A stretch of DNA of 64,000 bases from an uncultured Gammaproteobacteria bacterium. GTDB lineage: Bacteria > Patescibacteriota > Microgenomatia > UBA8517. A program made the translations under genes and the position numbers. Below, piece by piece: positions 38,848 to 49,850 of the stretch. The notes under the pieces were generated by a model. It was not told the origin of the DNA. It made no database searches and saw only the letters and a list, made by a program, of their open reading frames with translations. Location: NCBI GenBank assembly GCA_964431555.1, contig CAYSJW010000004.1, positions 9,951-73,950 on the forward strand, written 5' to 3'. Within the stretch, counting starts at the first letter, position 1. Every line of letters begins with the position of its first letter.

Positions 38848-39606
38848 CTATTTACTTTCCACTGCAATAAATACTCCCAATTTTTCAGACTCACCTTTTT
38901 CCAATCTAACTAAATTCTGACCATCTATTCTAAAATATTCACCATATTCATCGAATTCAACTCTACCCGGCAAAGCTTCACTTTCAGAACTAAATATCCC
39001 ATATGGTCCCAATTTTAAACCAACAATTTCCCTTTGAATTTCACTGGGAAAGCCAATTACATTCATTGTTACAAAATATCCGTCAGATTTTTTCTTAAGT
39101 TCATATTTAAACTTTCCATCAAGTGAAGTTAAAAGCTTTGTACTCGCTTGAAGATGAAATTCCGTCTCAAACTTGACTAACAATTTGCCATTTTTATCAC
39201 GAAAACGAAGGGTTAAAGTTCCTGTTTCCACTCCTTCATCGTATCGAAATTTTCCCGACGATTCAGATCCAAGAAGAAGATCGGCTTCAAAAAAATCTTT
39301 TCCTTCCAAGCTTACCGAACCTGGAACACCCTGCTGAATACCACCTTCAACTTGATACAAAAGCTCATAGTCCAAACTTTCTGCAGAAAATTTAATCCTT
39401 TCTACCTTCATTTTCAAATAATGACCATCCGAAGCAGGAATTAACGATACAAACGGCCTTTCATTAGGAGATAATTTAAGAGATGAAGTTTCTTTTTCCA
39501 AAATTTCATCATTTTTCTTGAAGTTTTTTCCCTTAATTATAAAAAATGCCAAGGTCAAAGTTGTAATTCCCAAAAAAAACAAAATCAAGGGTATAAATTT
39601 CTTCAT
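38848..39606 (-). CDS. Hypothetical secreted/membrane-anchored protein
   Basis: N-terminal signal/TM LILFFLGITTLTLAFFII. No recognisable domain. Confidence 0.3.
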   Translation of the reverse strand: MKKFIPLILFFLGITTLTLAFFIIKGKNFKKNDEILEKETSSLKLSPNERPFVSLIPASDGHYLKMKVERIKFSAESLDYELLYQVEGGIQQGVPGSVSLEGKDFFEADLLLGSESSGKFRYDEGVETGTLTLRFRDKNGKLLVKFETEFHLQASTKLLTSLDGKFKYELKKKSDGYFVTMNVIGFPSEIQREIVGLKLGPYGIFSSESEALPGRVEFDEYGEYFRIDGQNLVRLEKGESEKLGVFIAVESK

Positions 39607-39660
39607 AGCAATTCTATTTTATCAGTAAAACTTTAAAAATGATAATTAAATCTTTTATCT

Positions 39661-41049
39661 TTAACCTAGCCTTTCCTGAAAATATCTTCCAAGAGAATCA
39701 ATCAAAACTCTCTCCTGCTTAGTAGTGTCACGATCGCGTACAGTTACAGAACCATCTTCCAAAGTTTTAAAATCAACAGTTACACACCAAGGAGTTCCAA
39801 TCTCATCTTGAGAAAAATAGCGCTTACCTATATTTCCCCTATCATCCCACAAACAAGGATATTTCAAACTAAGTTTTTCAAATATCTTTCGTGCTTCAAC
39901 CACCAAATCAGGCTTGTTTGCCAAAAGAGGAAAAACAGCTATCTTATAAGGAGCGAGATTGGGTTTAATTTTTAAAACCACTCTTTTCTTCTCACTATCT
40001 TCAAAATAACAATCAAAAAGAATTGCCAGCAAACTTCTATCCATCCCGAAGGTTGGCTCTATAACATGAGGAATAAATTTTCGTTTAGACTCTGAATCAT
40101 AATATCTTAAATCAACCCCTGACTTTTCCATATGATTTTTTAAATCATAATCTGTCCTATAGGCAATGCCATAAAGTTCTTTAAAGCCCCAAGGATATTT
40201 ATACTCAATATCCTCGGTTCTCTGGGAATAAAAAGACCTTTCTTCATCAGAATGAACCCGCCATCTAAGATTTTCCTCCTTTAAACCCAAAACATCTCTA
40301 GTCCATTTCCACATTTCATCTTTCCAATAATTAAATTGATCTTTCCAACTCATTTTTTCAGCATCAAAAAAATATTCAAATTCGGATAAATTAAACTGCA
40401 AAGTCCTAAACGTTAATTTCCCCAAGGTTATTTCATTTCTAAAAGCCGGACCGCTTTGAGCCAAACCAAACGGAAGTTTTGGTGAAAGGGAATTAAGAAC
40501 ATTTCTAAAATTCACAAACATTCCTTGGGCAATCTCTCCCCTTAGATAAACCAAAGACTTTTCCTCTGAAATAATTCCCACACGAGTTTCAAAAAGTAAA
40601 TTAAACTTTTTTGGTTTTGCCCAATTAAAACCTTGACAATTGGGGCATTTTATTTTTTCTCTATTAATGATATTCTCAAGATCCTCTATTTTTAAACCTT
40701 CGACTTTTACCTCCTTTCCTTTATTTTGAAAGTAATCTTCAATTAAATGATCCACCCTGTTTCTAGTTTTGCAGTCCTTGCAATCTAAAACCACGTCGTT
40801 AAAACTTGAAGTATGCCCTGAAGCCTCCCAAACTTTTGGATTCATTAAAATATTCGTATCCAAACCAAAAATATTTTCTCTTTTATTCACAAAAAAATCC
40901 CACCAGATATTTTTAATATTCCGTAAAATTTCAACCCCTAAAGGACCATAATCATAAGTATTTGCCAATCCACCATAAATTTCACTACCCGGGAAAATGA
41001 AGCCACGTCTCTTTGTCAAAGAGATTATTTTATCCATTAGATCAGCCAC
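39661..41049 (-). CDS. glyS: Glycyl-tRNA synthetase, alpha2 (archaeal/eukaryotic) type
   Basis: KRRGFIFPGSEIYGGLANTYDYGPLGV; ASGHTSSFND; class II motifs. Confidence 0.85.
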   Translation of the reverse strand: MADLMDKIISLTKRRGFIFPGSEIYGGLANTYDYGPLGVEILRNIKNIWWDFFVNKRENIFGLDTNILMNPKVWEASGHTSSFNDVVLDCKDCKTRNRVDHLIEDYFQNKGKEVKVEGLKIEDLENIINREKIKCPNCQGFNWAKPKKFNLLFETRVGIISEEKSLVYLRGEIAQGMFVNFRNVLNSLSPKLPFGLAQSGPAFRNEITLGKLTFRTLQFNLSEFEYFFDAEKMSWKDQFNYWKDEMWKWTRDVLGLKEENLRWRVHSDEERSFYSQRTEDIEYKYPWGFKELYGIAYRTDYDLKNHMEKSGVDLRYYDSESKRKFIPHVIEPTFGMDRSLLAILFDCYFEDSEKKRVVLKIKPNLAPYKIAVFPLLANKPDLVVEARKIFEKLSLKYPCLWDDRGNIGKRYFSQDEIGTPWCVTVDFKTLEDGSVTVRDRDTTKQERVLIDSLGRYFQERLG

Positions 41050-41136
41050 GAAAATATTATATCAATAACCAAAAAATTAAGAAACTAATAATAAAAAGGT
41101 TCAAAAAAATAACAGCCTATTTATAAATATTTTTTC

Positions 41137-41682
41137 CTATGAAAAAAGTTTCTTTCCAACAATCATCGAATTTTGAGGATACTCAAGAACTTCTTCAAGT
41201 AATTCATCAGGATTAGAATGAGGTTTCTCTTTAGGCCAAAAACCCAAAGAAACTAAAGTATTTAAAACAAATTCTCTGCGGATTTTTTTTAACGATTCAT
41301 TTGATCTTAACTTGTTTAAAAAAGACAAAAGAATATTATAGATCTCTTCATTCTTTTCTCCCTCCCTTATAACCTTATCAACTATTTCAACAAAAAAATA
41401 AGCCAGGGCAACTTTTTTTAAATTCTTCTTAAAATCGGAAAACGTATCAATTATTTCCACCTCGGTAATTATATTCATACCCTTTGAAGAAGCGGCTGAA
41501 AAATTAATTCTGTTAAAAATTTCAATATAAGCTCTTTTCCTACTTTTTGGTCTTCTCACTCCCTTGGCAAGCAAACTTATCTTGCCGTGTTTTCTCGACA
41601 AAACTCGCAATATTTTATCAGCTTCCGAATAGTTCTTTCTAGCTAAAACTATTCCCTCTGAAGCGAAATTTGCCCTAGACAT
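41137..41682 (-). CDS. recO: RecO-like recombination mediator (short, 181 aa)
   Basis: EGIVLARKNYSEADKILRVLSRKHGKISLLAKGVRRPKS, a RecO N-terminal OB-fold. No C-terminal Zn-finger region is present. Confidence 0.55.
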   Translation of the reverse strand: MSRANFASEGIVLARKNYSEADKILRVLSRKHGKISLLAKGVRRPKSRKRAYIEIFNRINFSAASSKGMNIITEVEIIDTFSDFKKNLKKVALAYFFVEIVDKVIREGEKNEEIYNILLSFLNKLRSNESLKKIRREFVLNTLVSLGFWPKEKPHSNPDELLEEVLEYPQNSMIVGKKLFS

Positions 41683-43691
41683 TATCTCACCTTTAAACTT
41701 ATCTTTTTATCCTCTTTAATAACCATTTCTCTTTCATCCTTTCCTAATTTAACTGAATAAACTATCGGTCCTTTACCCGGCTGCTTTTGAATAAATAAAG
41801 AATAATCATCACCAATTTTGAAGGGTAATTTATATTTTACACTTAACTTAACCACACCTTGTGGTCTTAATTCGAAAAAACCAGCAAATACGGTTTTCCC
41901 GAATTCCTCATAAGGATCACTTTTTTCACCAAGTCCGCTAATTGAAATAAGTTCACTACCTTTGGGAACATAGATTCTTACCCAATTTGGTAAGACTGAA
42001 TTTAGCCAACCATCATGCTTTTCTGGATTTTTGTATGTAACAACCAAAGTTTTTATTACATTTCCCTCTTTATCAACTTCAATTTCCTGAAAAACTTCCT
42101 GCTTTACATAGAGATTTGATTTCCTTCCACCCAAATTAGCATCGTTTATATAAAGATAATCCCCAGGATAATCTTTTATCGTACCTCCAATACCAAAACT
42201 TTCTATAGCTTTTTGGGCTTTCTCATCTTTCAAAAAAACCAAAATATGCTTTTCCATTAAAGCCCTCATACCAGCTTCAAAAAGAGCAGGTATTTTTTCA
42301 TTTGACAAACCAAGAGAAGCTGAAAGAATGGAATTCATTAAAGGTCCAATTATCTTTTTTCTATTGTCATAATTGGGTGGAGCATAAACAATTTTATCTG
42401 GTTCATTTTCACTCCAAACGATTGGACCTTCTATATCGGCAAAACTTTCAAGTTCATATATTACCTGCGGGCAATTACATTCAGGAATAACATCGTTGCT
42501 AAATCTTCCGTAACCCGGTACATTGACAGCTCCCAGAACCTCTAAAACATCAACCAATACTTGAGTATCTACAGAAATTATCCCATCTATATTTACAATC
42601 CCAGCTTTGGCTATTTCTTGAGAAAAAAGTTTCATTGATTGTGAAAAATCAGGCGACCAATTCATATCCCTTAATCTTAGTTTATTAGATAAAAGATAAG
42701 GCCCTTTTAGGTATTTTATTATCGGATCAGGAGCAACCTTTGAAGGTTTATAATTGTCATCAAGATTATAAATATCATTTGATATTGTTGGATCAAATCT
42801 CCCATTTCTAACCTTTGCTATAGAATATGCTGTCATAAACCCCCCTGTGGGTCTTAATTCTTTGTCATTTTGGAAAAGTACAAGATAAGTTCTTTCATCA
42901 TCAATACCTAAAATAAAGGGCATAACTTCTAGAAGTGGTTTTGCATTCTTCAATGATTTGCCGATGAAATCACTTACCTCAACAATCTTACTAACAGTGG
43001 TTTTTATTTCGTAATGAAAAAGCTTATCCGGATAGTCTTCATAATTTATATAATCTATCTCATTTTTTATTAAATCCATTTTTTCAACTACTTTGTCGGC
43101 GTTTGATATCAAGGAGGGTAAAGTTTTGATTACAAAATCAAGCTTATCTTGAGCAGTTTGGGAATTACTAGCTTTCGTTTCTTTCAAATTACTATTATTA
43201 AATCCAATAACATCAGAATAAGGCTCAACGATTTCAATAAGCAAATTAGATAGATCAATTCCATAAAATCCTGCATTTATCGCATGACCTAAATCTTCAA
43301 CATAAATACCAACCTTAGGAATAAATCTAAGCCAGTAAATCTTATCAAATGAAGACTTAAAGCTAATTAATTGTTTATTTATATTAGAAAGATTGGCTTC
43401 TAAAATATTTAAGTCTTTTGCTTTAACCGAATTAATAGCCTCATTTACTAAAAATCTTAATTTTATTCCCTCCTGATAGACTTTGTATACAAAATATCCC
43501 TCAACCAGCAAAGGAAAAAAAATCAGAAGTAAAAAGACAATAAATATTCCCCTTTTAGAAAAAACCTTAAATCCAATTTTCCTTGCTTTAAACGATCGAG
43601 AAACACCCTCTTCCTTTTTATTTTCCGGAACCAATAAAGACTTAGCTTCTTCAACAACAAACCTTTTTTTGTAGCCTGAAAGATCATCCAT
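41682..43691 (-). CDS. Large membrane-anchored extracytoplasmic protein, DUF4012-like
   Basis: 669 aa with one N-terminal TM (IFIVFLLLIFFPLLV). RPTGGFMTAYSIAKVRNG resembles the DUF4012 core. This is a tentative call. Confidence 0.35.
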   Translation of the reverse strand: MDDLSGYKKRFVVEEAKSLLVPENKKEEGVSRSFKARKIGFKVFSKRGIFIVFLLLIFFPLLVEGYFVYKVYQEGIKLRFLVNEAINSVKAKDLNILEANLSNINKQLISFKSSFDKIYWLRFIPKVGIYVEDLGHAINAGFYGIDLSNLLIEIVEPYSDVIGFNNSNLKETKASNSQTAQDKLDFVIKTLPSLISNADKVVEKMDLIKNEIDYINYEDYPDKLFHYEIKTTVSKIVEVSDFIGKSLKNAKPLLEVMPFILGIDDERTYLVLFQNDKELRPTGGFMTAYSIAKVRNGRFDPTISNDIYNLDDNYKPSKVAPDPIIKYLKGPYLLSNKLRLRDMNWSPDFSQSMKLFSQEIAKAGIVNIDGIISVDTQVLVDVLEVLGAVNVPGYGRFSNDVIPECNCPQVIYELESFADIEGPIVWSENEPDKIVYAPPNYDNRKKIIGPLMNSILSASLGLSNEKIPALFEAGMRALMEKHILVFLKDEKAQKAIESFGIGGTIKDYPGDYLYINDANLGGRKSNLYVKQEVFQEIEVDKEGNVIKTLVVTYKNPEKHDGWLNSVLPNWVRIYVPKGSELISISGLGEKSDPYEEFGKTVFAGFFELRPQGVVKLSVKYKLPFKIGDDYSLFIQKQPGKGPIVYSVKLGKDEREMVIKEDKKISLKVR

Positions 43692-43733
43692 AACTAATAA
43701 TAATACATTAAAAAAGGAAAGTATTAAAAGAAA

Positions 43734-44432
43734 TCAAACAGCACCTTTACCTGTGATCATAGCCCAAGGGGTTTTAAGAATAATTAAAATATCAAATAAA
43801 ATCGATTTTTTCCTAGCGTAATAAGCGTCCATCTCTATCCTTTTATCAAAATTTACCTCGCTTCTACCCGAAACCTGCCAATACCCCGTAATTCCCGGTT
43901 TTACTTTGAGAACTTCTTTTACCAACTCTCTGGTGTGGGGATACTTTTTTTGCTGTTCTTCCAACTCATCTTTATAGTATGCTCTGGGTCCTACAATACT
44001 CATTTCACCTTTTAAAACATTTATAAACTGGGGCATTTCATCGATTGAATATCTCCTAATAATTTTACCTACTTTGGTAACTCTGGGATCCTTGTGCAAT
44101 TTGTAGCTACTTTCCCTATAAACCTTATACAAATCCTTAAATTTAGGATCACTTTTCATCAGATTGTGAGCGTTAACGATCATTGACCTAAATTTATAAA
44201 GTCTAAAAAGTTTACCTCCTTTTCCAACTCTCTTGGGAATATCTGCAAAAACAGGACCGGGCGAAGTTATCTTAATAACAAAAGCTGTAATTAAAAGCAA
44301 GGGAGAAAATAACAAAAGACAAAAAATAGAACCTAATATATCAATAATCCTTTTTACAACTTCAAAAGTTTCCAACCTTTTCCTGTCCGAAATCGATAAC
44401 ATATTTGGGCAGCAAATTATAGTATACCCCAA
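43734..44432 (-). CDS. Small (PglC-like) initiating phosphoglycosyltransferase, bacterial sugar transferase family
   Basis: Re-entrant helix LLFSPLLLITAFVIKI; PVFADIPKRVGKGGKLFRLYKFRSM; SIVGPRAY. Confidence 0.7.
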   Translation of the reverse strand: MGYTIICCPNMLSISDRKRLETFEVVKRIIDILGSIFCLLLFSPLLLITAFVIKITSPGPVFADIPKRVGKGGKLFRLYKFRSMIVNAHNLMKSDPKFKDLYKVYRESSYKLHKDPRVTKVGKIIRRYSIDEMPQFINVLKGEMSIVGPRAYYKDELEEQQKKYPHTRELVKEVLKVKPGITGYWQVSGRSEVNFDKRIEMDAYYARKKSILFDILIILKTPWAMITGKGAV

Positions 44433-44433
44433 C

Positions 44434-45492
44434 CTAGGTTAATGACAACCTCCTTTCCTTTACCTTTACTAAGGCATCTTTGACCTCGCCACTTTTTTTC
44501 TTATCACAAATCAAAAGAGCATCACCAGTATCTACAACAACCAAATTATCAACTCCAACAAGCGAAACAACCTTATTGGGATCATCAAGTCTTACAAAAT
44601 TATCCTTTCCATGTAAATCTATAACATTTTCCTCCACTTTATACAACCCTTTTAATTTCAAATACTCATGCAAACTTTCAAATGTCCCTATGTCATACCA
44701 CTTAAACGGTAATTCAACGACTAAAGACTCGCCATTTTCGTGAACCTTTTGGGTAACATCTTCAATAGGACCGGGAGGCATTCTTTTATATTCTATTTTT
44801 AAATCCGCACCATTGATATAATTATTTAAAGGTTCATACCAACTAGGTTGATATTTTTCCAACATTTTGAGTAAATTTCTTGGTGTCATACAAGTATGAT
44901 TGGTATGTACCAGAACACCCTCCTGCTTTATCAACTCTTCCGTTTCCTCTTTGCTGCTTCTCCAGATAAATTTGGCAACCTTATATATCCCAACCGATCC
45001 TTCATCAGAAACTTTTTCGCCTCTTATTAAATAATCCACACCCATAATCGGAAAATCGACTTTCATTCCGCCAGTTATATATTTTTCTTCCCTCCGGGCT
45101 ATTTTGTCACAATCTTGAATCATTTTTATAAAATTCTCCTGCGGTTCCCTTAAATCATCCACTTGCACGAGCATAAACGGTTCATCGTGGAAGCCCAATT
45201 TAAACAAAAAGGCGGCAATCAGACCTGTAGCAGGACCTTGATTACGCATTTCAGGTTCTAGTATAAAGTTTTCTTGAGGAATTTCTTTAACCTGACTTCG
45301 GGCTATATTCACTTGATCTTCGTTAGTTGAAATGTATATTTGTTTTGGGTCAAAATACGTCCTTAAAACTTCATAATTTATTTGAAATAATGATCTACCA
45401 CCAATTAAAGGTAAAAAATGTTTAGGTTTGTGTTCTCGACTTATCGGCCAAAGTTTCGTCCCAAATCCTCCACAAATGATTACAGGTATCAT
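44434..45492 (-). CDS. manC: Mannose-1-phosphate guanylyltransferase-like nucleotidyltransferase
   Basis: MIPVIICGGFGTKLWPISREHKPKHFLPL matches the ManC/CpsB N-terminal signature. Confidence 0.6.
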   Translation of the reverse strand: MIPVIICGGFGTKLWPISREHKPKHFLPLIGGRSLFQINYEVLRTYFDPKQIYISTNEDQVNIARSQVKEIPQENFILEPEMRNQGPATGLIAAFLFKLGFHDEPFMLVQVDDLREPQENFIKMIQDCDKIARREEKYITGGMKVDFPIMGVDYLIRGEKVSDEGSVGIYKVAKFIWRSSKEETEELIKQEGVLVHTNHTCMTPRNLLKMLEKYQPSWYEPLNNYINGADLKIEYKRMPPGPIEDVTQKVHENGESLVVELPFKWYDIGTFESLHEYLKLKGLYKVEENVIDLHGKDNFVRLDDPNKVVSLVGVDNLVVVDTGDALLICDKKKSGEVKDALVKVKERRLSLT

Positions 45493-45508
45493 AAAAGTAA
45501 TATTAATA

Positions 45509-46609
45509 TTACACTTTTAGATTTATCAAGTCCAAGAACTCTTTTTTAAATCTTTCTTTAGAAAATCTTTTCGCATTAGCAAAACAATAATTTTTCAAAC
45601 CCCTTTTATCCATTCTTTCAAATAATTTTACAGCATTGATCAAAGAATCTTTAGTCTGCTTTCCAAAAAAAACTCCTGTTTTCCCTTCTACGACAGTATC
45701 AACAGCACCACCTTTCCTAAAAGCAATCACAGGAACACCCAAAGCCTGCGCTTCAAGAGCGGTTATACCAAAATCTTCTTCCTGCGGATAGATAAAAGCT
45801 ATTGCCCCGGCATATTTCTCAACCAATTCTTTATCTTTTACAAATCCGGCAAATCTAATATTTTTTTTTGCCATTTTTTTTAATCTTTTCTCCTCACTCC
45901 CTGTTCCCACAATCAACAAAGGATAACCAAGACAATTAAAAGCCTCTATTGCCAGATCAACTTTTTTATAAGGAACCAAACGGCTAACAATCAAATAATA
46001 TTTCTTTTTTCGATAATTCCCTTCATTAATCTTTAAACTTCCAATATCGAATTTTTCAAGATCAACAGGAGGATAAATGATTTCAGAATCTCTTCCATAA
46101 TATTTCTTTATTCTTCTTTTAACCTCGCTGGATATTGCAATCATGATATCCGGTCTCTGTGAAGCAATCTTATCCCAAATTTTCAGATAATCCACAAAAG
46201 GCTTGGAAATAAAACGGAAAACTGGATTTTTAAAATACTCATGATAATGGCTCCAAAGATACCTTGTCGGCGTTAAACAATAACAGACATGAAAAGAATC
46301 AGGTTTCGTAATTATACCCTTTGCCGCTTCACTTGTTACACTAATAACAAGATCATATTCTGAAAAATCAAACGATTCAAATGCCAATGGCATAAAGATC
46401 GGCAAAAGTTCATGCTTTGTATTAAAAAAGGGCATTTTTTGTAAAAAGGATGGTATAACTTTCGGAAAAACTTTAGCCCATGAAGCCCTTTTAGGATTAT
46501 ATAAAGAAGTATAAAGACATGCGTCAGGAAACATTTCGTGTAAAGTTAACAAAACTCTTTCCGCTCCACCCCACTTATTAACTCTATCGTAAACCAATGC
46601 AACTTTCAT
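45509..46609 (-). CDS. GT4 glycosyltransferase
   Basis: GT-B fold; PQEEDFGITALEAQALGVPVIA (E-x7-E region). Confidence 0.65.
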   Translation of the reverse strand: MKVALVYDRVNKWGGAERVLLTLHEMFPDACLYTSLYNPKRASWAKVFPKVIPSFLQKMPFFNTKHELLPIFMPLAFESFDFSEYDLVISVTSEAAKGIITKPDSFHVCYCLTPTRYLWSHYHEYFKNPVFRFISKPFVDYLKIWDKIASQRPDIMIAISSEVKRRIKKYYGRDSEIIYPPVDLEKFDIGSLKINEGNYRKKKYYLIVSRLVPYKKVDLAIEAFNCLGYPLLIVGTGSEEKRLKKMAKKNIRFAGFVKDKELVEKYAGAIAFIYPQEEDFGITALEAQALGVPVIAFRKGGAVDTVVEGKTGVFFGKQTKDSLINAVKLFERMDKRGLKNYCFANAKRFSKERFKKEFLDLINLKV

Positions 46610-46615
46610 AAATCC

Positions 46616-47752
46616 TTAAAATAAAATATTTTTATAAATGTTAAATGTATCGTTTGCCATTTTCTCCCACGAATACCTCTTAATAAACTTTCTTGCAGTA
46701 ACTAAATACCTCTTTCTTTCCTCCCTATCCATCTGAAAAATTTTTTTTACTACCTTTGCCAACGATCGGTAATTATACGGATCAAAATAATAAGCAAAAC
46801 TACCATAAATTTCTCTAAAGACAGGTATATCTGAAGCAATCAAAATAGTTCCGGATGAAATAGCTTCCAAACCCTGCAAGCCGAAACCTTCAGATAAAGA
46901 GGGATATACAAAGGCCATCGAATGGTTATATAAAAGACTCATTTCTTCATCGTTGATAAAACCCAATAACTTGATATTATCCTCCAAATTTAGTGTTTTT
47001 ATTCTTCTTTTGAGTCTTTCTTCAAACCTTCTTAAATTACCAGCTATTACGAAAGAGAGATTTAAACCCTTACAATTATTTCTAAGGTAATACAGTGCAT
47101 CCAAGACAATATCCAAATTTTTATGAGGATAGACGTTTCCTGCATAAAACAAATATTTTCTGCTCCTAAGTTTATTTTTCTTTAAAATATTGCTTTTTCT
47201 TGAGAGATATTTCAAAGATTTATTCATACTAATTCCCTCGTAAACCACTCTAATTTTATTTGATTTAACCTTGTAATAATCAACTATTCTTCTCTTAACA
47301 TAAAAGCTCGGGACAATAATTTTAGTTGATCTCGAAACCGCATTTAAAAATACAAACTTATAAAAGAATTTTTTAATTACAAAAATTGGATATGGTAAAA
47401 GACTAGCTTCATGAGACTGATCATGTATGGTCATATCGTGTATTGTAACTACAAATTTTTTATTTACTAAAATGGGTATATTAAAATGTGGGAAGTGAAT
47501 AAGATCCGGATTTTCACTTTTTATAATAAAAGGTAATTTAATTTGTTCCTCAAGCGAATAATGCCTAAAATCGGCCAATATTTTCTTCCAATTACAAGTA
47601 AAGTTCAATTCATCAAAGTATTTTTTCCTCAAAAGTATTACAAAATCAAATTTGCTCTCAACTTTAACCAGATTCCCAATTAACTCTATTAAATACCTTC
47701 CTATCCCCGAATTTTCTAAACCGTACATCCTAGCATCTATTAATATTTTCAT
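46616..47752 (-). CDS. GT4 glycosyltransferase
   Basis: YPSLSEGFGLQGLEAISSGTILIAS. Confidence 0.65.
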   Translation of the reverse strand: MKILIDARMYGLENSGIGRYLIELIGNLVKVESKFDFVILLRKKYFDELNFTCNWKKILADFRHYSLEEQIKLPFIIKSENPDLIHFPHFNIPILVNKKFVVTIHDMTIHDQSHEASLLPYPIFVIKKFFYKFVFLNAVSRSTKIIVPSFYVKRRIVDYYKVKSNKIRVVYEGISMNKSLKYLSRKSNILKKNKLRSRKYLFYAGNVYPHKNLDIVLDALYYLRNNCKGLNLSFVIAGNLRRFEERLKRRIKTLNLEDNIKLLGFINDEEMSLLYNHSMAFVYPSLSEGFGLQGLEAISSGTILIASDIPVFREIYGSFAYYFDPYNYRSLAKVVKKIFQMDREERKRYLVTARKFIKRYSWEKMANDTFNIYKNILF

Positions 47753-47754
47753 AG

Positions 47755-48660
47755 CTAATTAAAAACCAAAATTTTAATTATTCTTATAGTCTTTAACAAT
47801 TTAATTCCCAGAATAACCAAGATATTTAATAAAAGTGGATATTTACTCCAAAGCCTCTTTCTATAAAAAATCTCCATAGAATTAACACCAGCTAATCTGT
47901 ATTTCAATATCTCGTTCCTTGATTTGCAAATAACATTTTTATTTTTCCCCTTGGAAGCCCCCTTAATGTGCATTATCTTTACTTTAGGATAATAAACTAT
48001 CTTCCAACCTGCGTTTCTAATTTTCCAGCAAAGATCAATATCCTCCCCATCTAAAAAATAATCTTCGTCAAACCACCCAACTTCATCTAGGATTTTTTTT
48101 CTAACCAAAAAAAAGGCTCCTTGTATAGCGTCAACTTCATGAATCTGATCTTCTGGAATATAACCGTACCAATATTTGGCAAAGATTCTAGACTTAGGAA
48201 AAATTCTATCCAACCTCAAATAAATATGAGTAAGACCTATCCAGGGAGTTATAAACGATCTTCTTGTATCTTTATCCAACCTACCATTCTTCAAAACAAC
48301 CTTACAAGTGGATGCTCCCACCTTTTTATTAATGTCCATAAAATTTACCATTTCCAAAAGCGTTTTTTTATAGACCAAGGTGTCCGAATTTAAAAACAAG
48401 ACATATTCTCCATCCACATAATCTCTGGCTTTATTATTCCCTCTCGCAAAACCTAAATTTTCCCCTATTTCAATTACCTTTTTAACCCAAGGAAAATCCC
48501 TTCTCAACATTTCTAAGGATCCATCAGAAGAACCATTGTCCGGAACAATAACTTCAAAATCAATCTCATTCCTAACCCTCTCTAAAGACAAAAGACAATT
48601 TTTTAAAAGATCTTTAGTATTGTAACTTAAAATAATAATTGAGAGTTTTATTTTTTTCAT
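47755..48660 (-). CDS. GT2 glycosyltransferase
   Basis: LSIIILSYNTKD...PDNGSSDGS...DGEDIDLCWK (GT-A DxD). Confidence 0.65.
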   Translation of the reverse strand: MKKIKLSIIILSYNTKDLLKNCLLSLERVRNEIDFEVIVPDNGSSDGSLEMLRRDFPWVKKVIEIGENLGFARGNNKARDYVDGEYVLFLNSDTLVYKKTLLEMVNFMDINKKVGASTCKVVLKNGRLDKDTRRSFITPWIGLTHIYLRLDRIFPKSRIFAKYWYGYIPEDQIHEVDAIQGAFFLVRKKILDEVGWFDEDYFLDGEDIDLCWKIRNAGWKIVYYPKVKIMHIKGASKGKNKNVICKSRNEILKYRLAGVNSMEIFYRKRLWSKYPLLLNILVILGIKLLKTIRIIKILVFN

Positions 48661-49850
48661 TTCCTCACCAACTCCTCATAAACAGGATCATGTAACTTGA
48701 CAATAGTTTTCCAATCAAAATTTCTCTCAACGTGTCTCCTTCCGGCAACCCCTATATTTCTAGCAAGCTTTTTATCATTTAAAAGTTTCAAAGCCTTATT
48801 AGCAATAGCATCATTGGTATCAGCAACCAGAACATTTTTTCCATCCTTCAGATCCAATCCAGCAACACCTATGCTTGTCGAAACCACAGGTAATCCAGAT
48901 GCCATAGCTTCCAAAATTTTAAGCCTTGTTCCTCCTGCTCCCTTTATGGGAGCAACCATTAAGTATGCACCCTTATACGCTTCTCTGGCGTCGGGAATAT
49001 TCTCCGTATATAAAATATCTCCCTTTTTACTTTCCATTTTAATCCAGGAGGGTATTTTCCTACCAACGATCCAAATTTTTACATTACTGCATCTTTTTTT
49101 TATGATTGGCCAAATATCCTTGATTAAGATTTCGGTTGCTTCCTGATTTTGAAGCCATTCAAAGTTGGTAACTCCGTAAAGTATTCTCGGAGGATAATAT
49201 TTTTTCACATGTTTTTCACGATAATACTTTGTGTCAACTCCATTCGGAATTATACCAACTTTCTTCCAAGGAACTATCTTAAGCATAGCCTCCCTATCTT
49301 CTAAAGAAACCGAAAAAAGCCGGTCAGCCCTCCCCCAGTAAAATCTTTCCCAAAACTTTATTTTGCAAACGTCCATAAGAAAAAAAGGCCTTAATATAAA
49401 AGGAATTTCATGCATAACATAATGTTTATAAACTTCATGCCAAATTGTCTGCTCGACTAAAATTGTAGGAACTGAAGTTTTTCCCAAATGAGGCATTACA
49501 TAAAATGTTTCTGCGTGGATCAAATCATAACTTTCCCCTTTAAGTTCCTTTTCTATCTCTCTTTTTTCCTCTAAAGAGCGATTTCTTACTACCAATAAGG
49601 GATATGGCCCGAAAATAGACAACAATATATTTCTTATTGTCCAAGGTTTCCTAGGGCGAGTAAATACTTTAACCTTTTTACAATACTTTAGAAGTTCTGG
49701 AATAAATTTTTTTTCACTATCATCTTTAATTAACGAAAACAAGGTAATATCGTGTTTTTTAGCAAGATATTTAATGATATTATACCAACGCGTTTGACCC
49801 CCACTCATGGTAATCGTAGGCAAATATGGTACAAGCATTAGTATCTTCAT
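48657..49850 (-). CDS. GT4 glycosyltransferase
   Basis: APIKGAGGTRLKILEAMASGLPVVST. Confidence 0.65.
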   Translation of the reverse strand: MKILMLVPYLPTITMSGGQTRWYNIIKYLAKKHDITLFSLIKDDSEKKFIPELLKYCKKVKVFTRPRKPWTIRNILLSIFGPYPLLVVRNRSLEEKREIEKELKGESYDLIHAETFYVMPHLGKTSVPTILVEQTIWHEVYKHYVMHEIPFILRPFFLMDVCKIKFWERFYWGRADRLFSVSLEDREAMLKIVPWKKVGIIPNGVDTKYYREKHVKKYYPPRILYGVTNFEWLQNQEATEILIKDIWPIIKKRCSNVKIWIVGRKIPSWIKMESKKGDILYTENIPDAREAYKGAYLMVAPIKGAGGTRLKILEAMASGLPVVSTSIGVAGLDLKDGKNVLVADTNDAIANKALKLLNDKKLARNIGVAGRRHVERNFDWKTIVKLHDPVYEELVRK

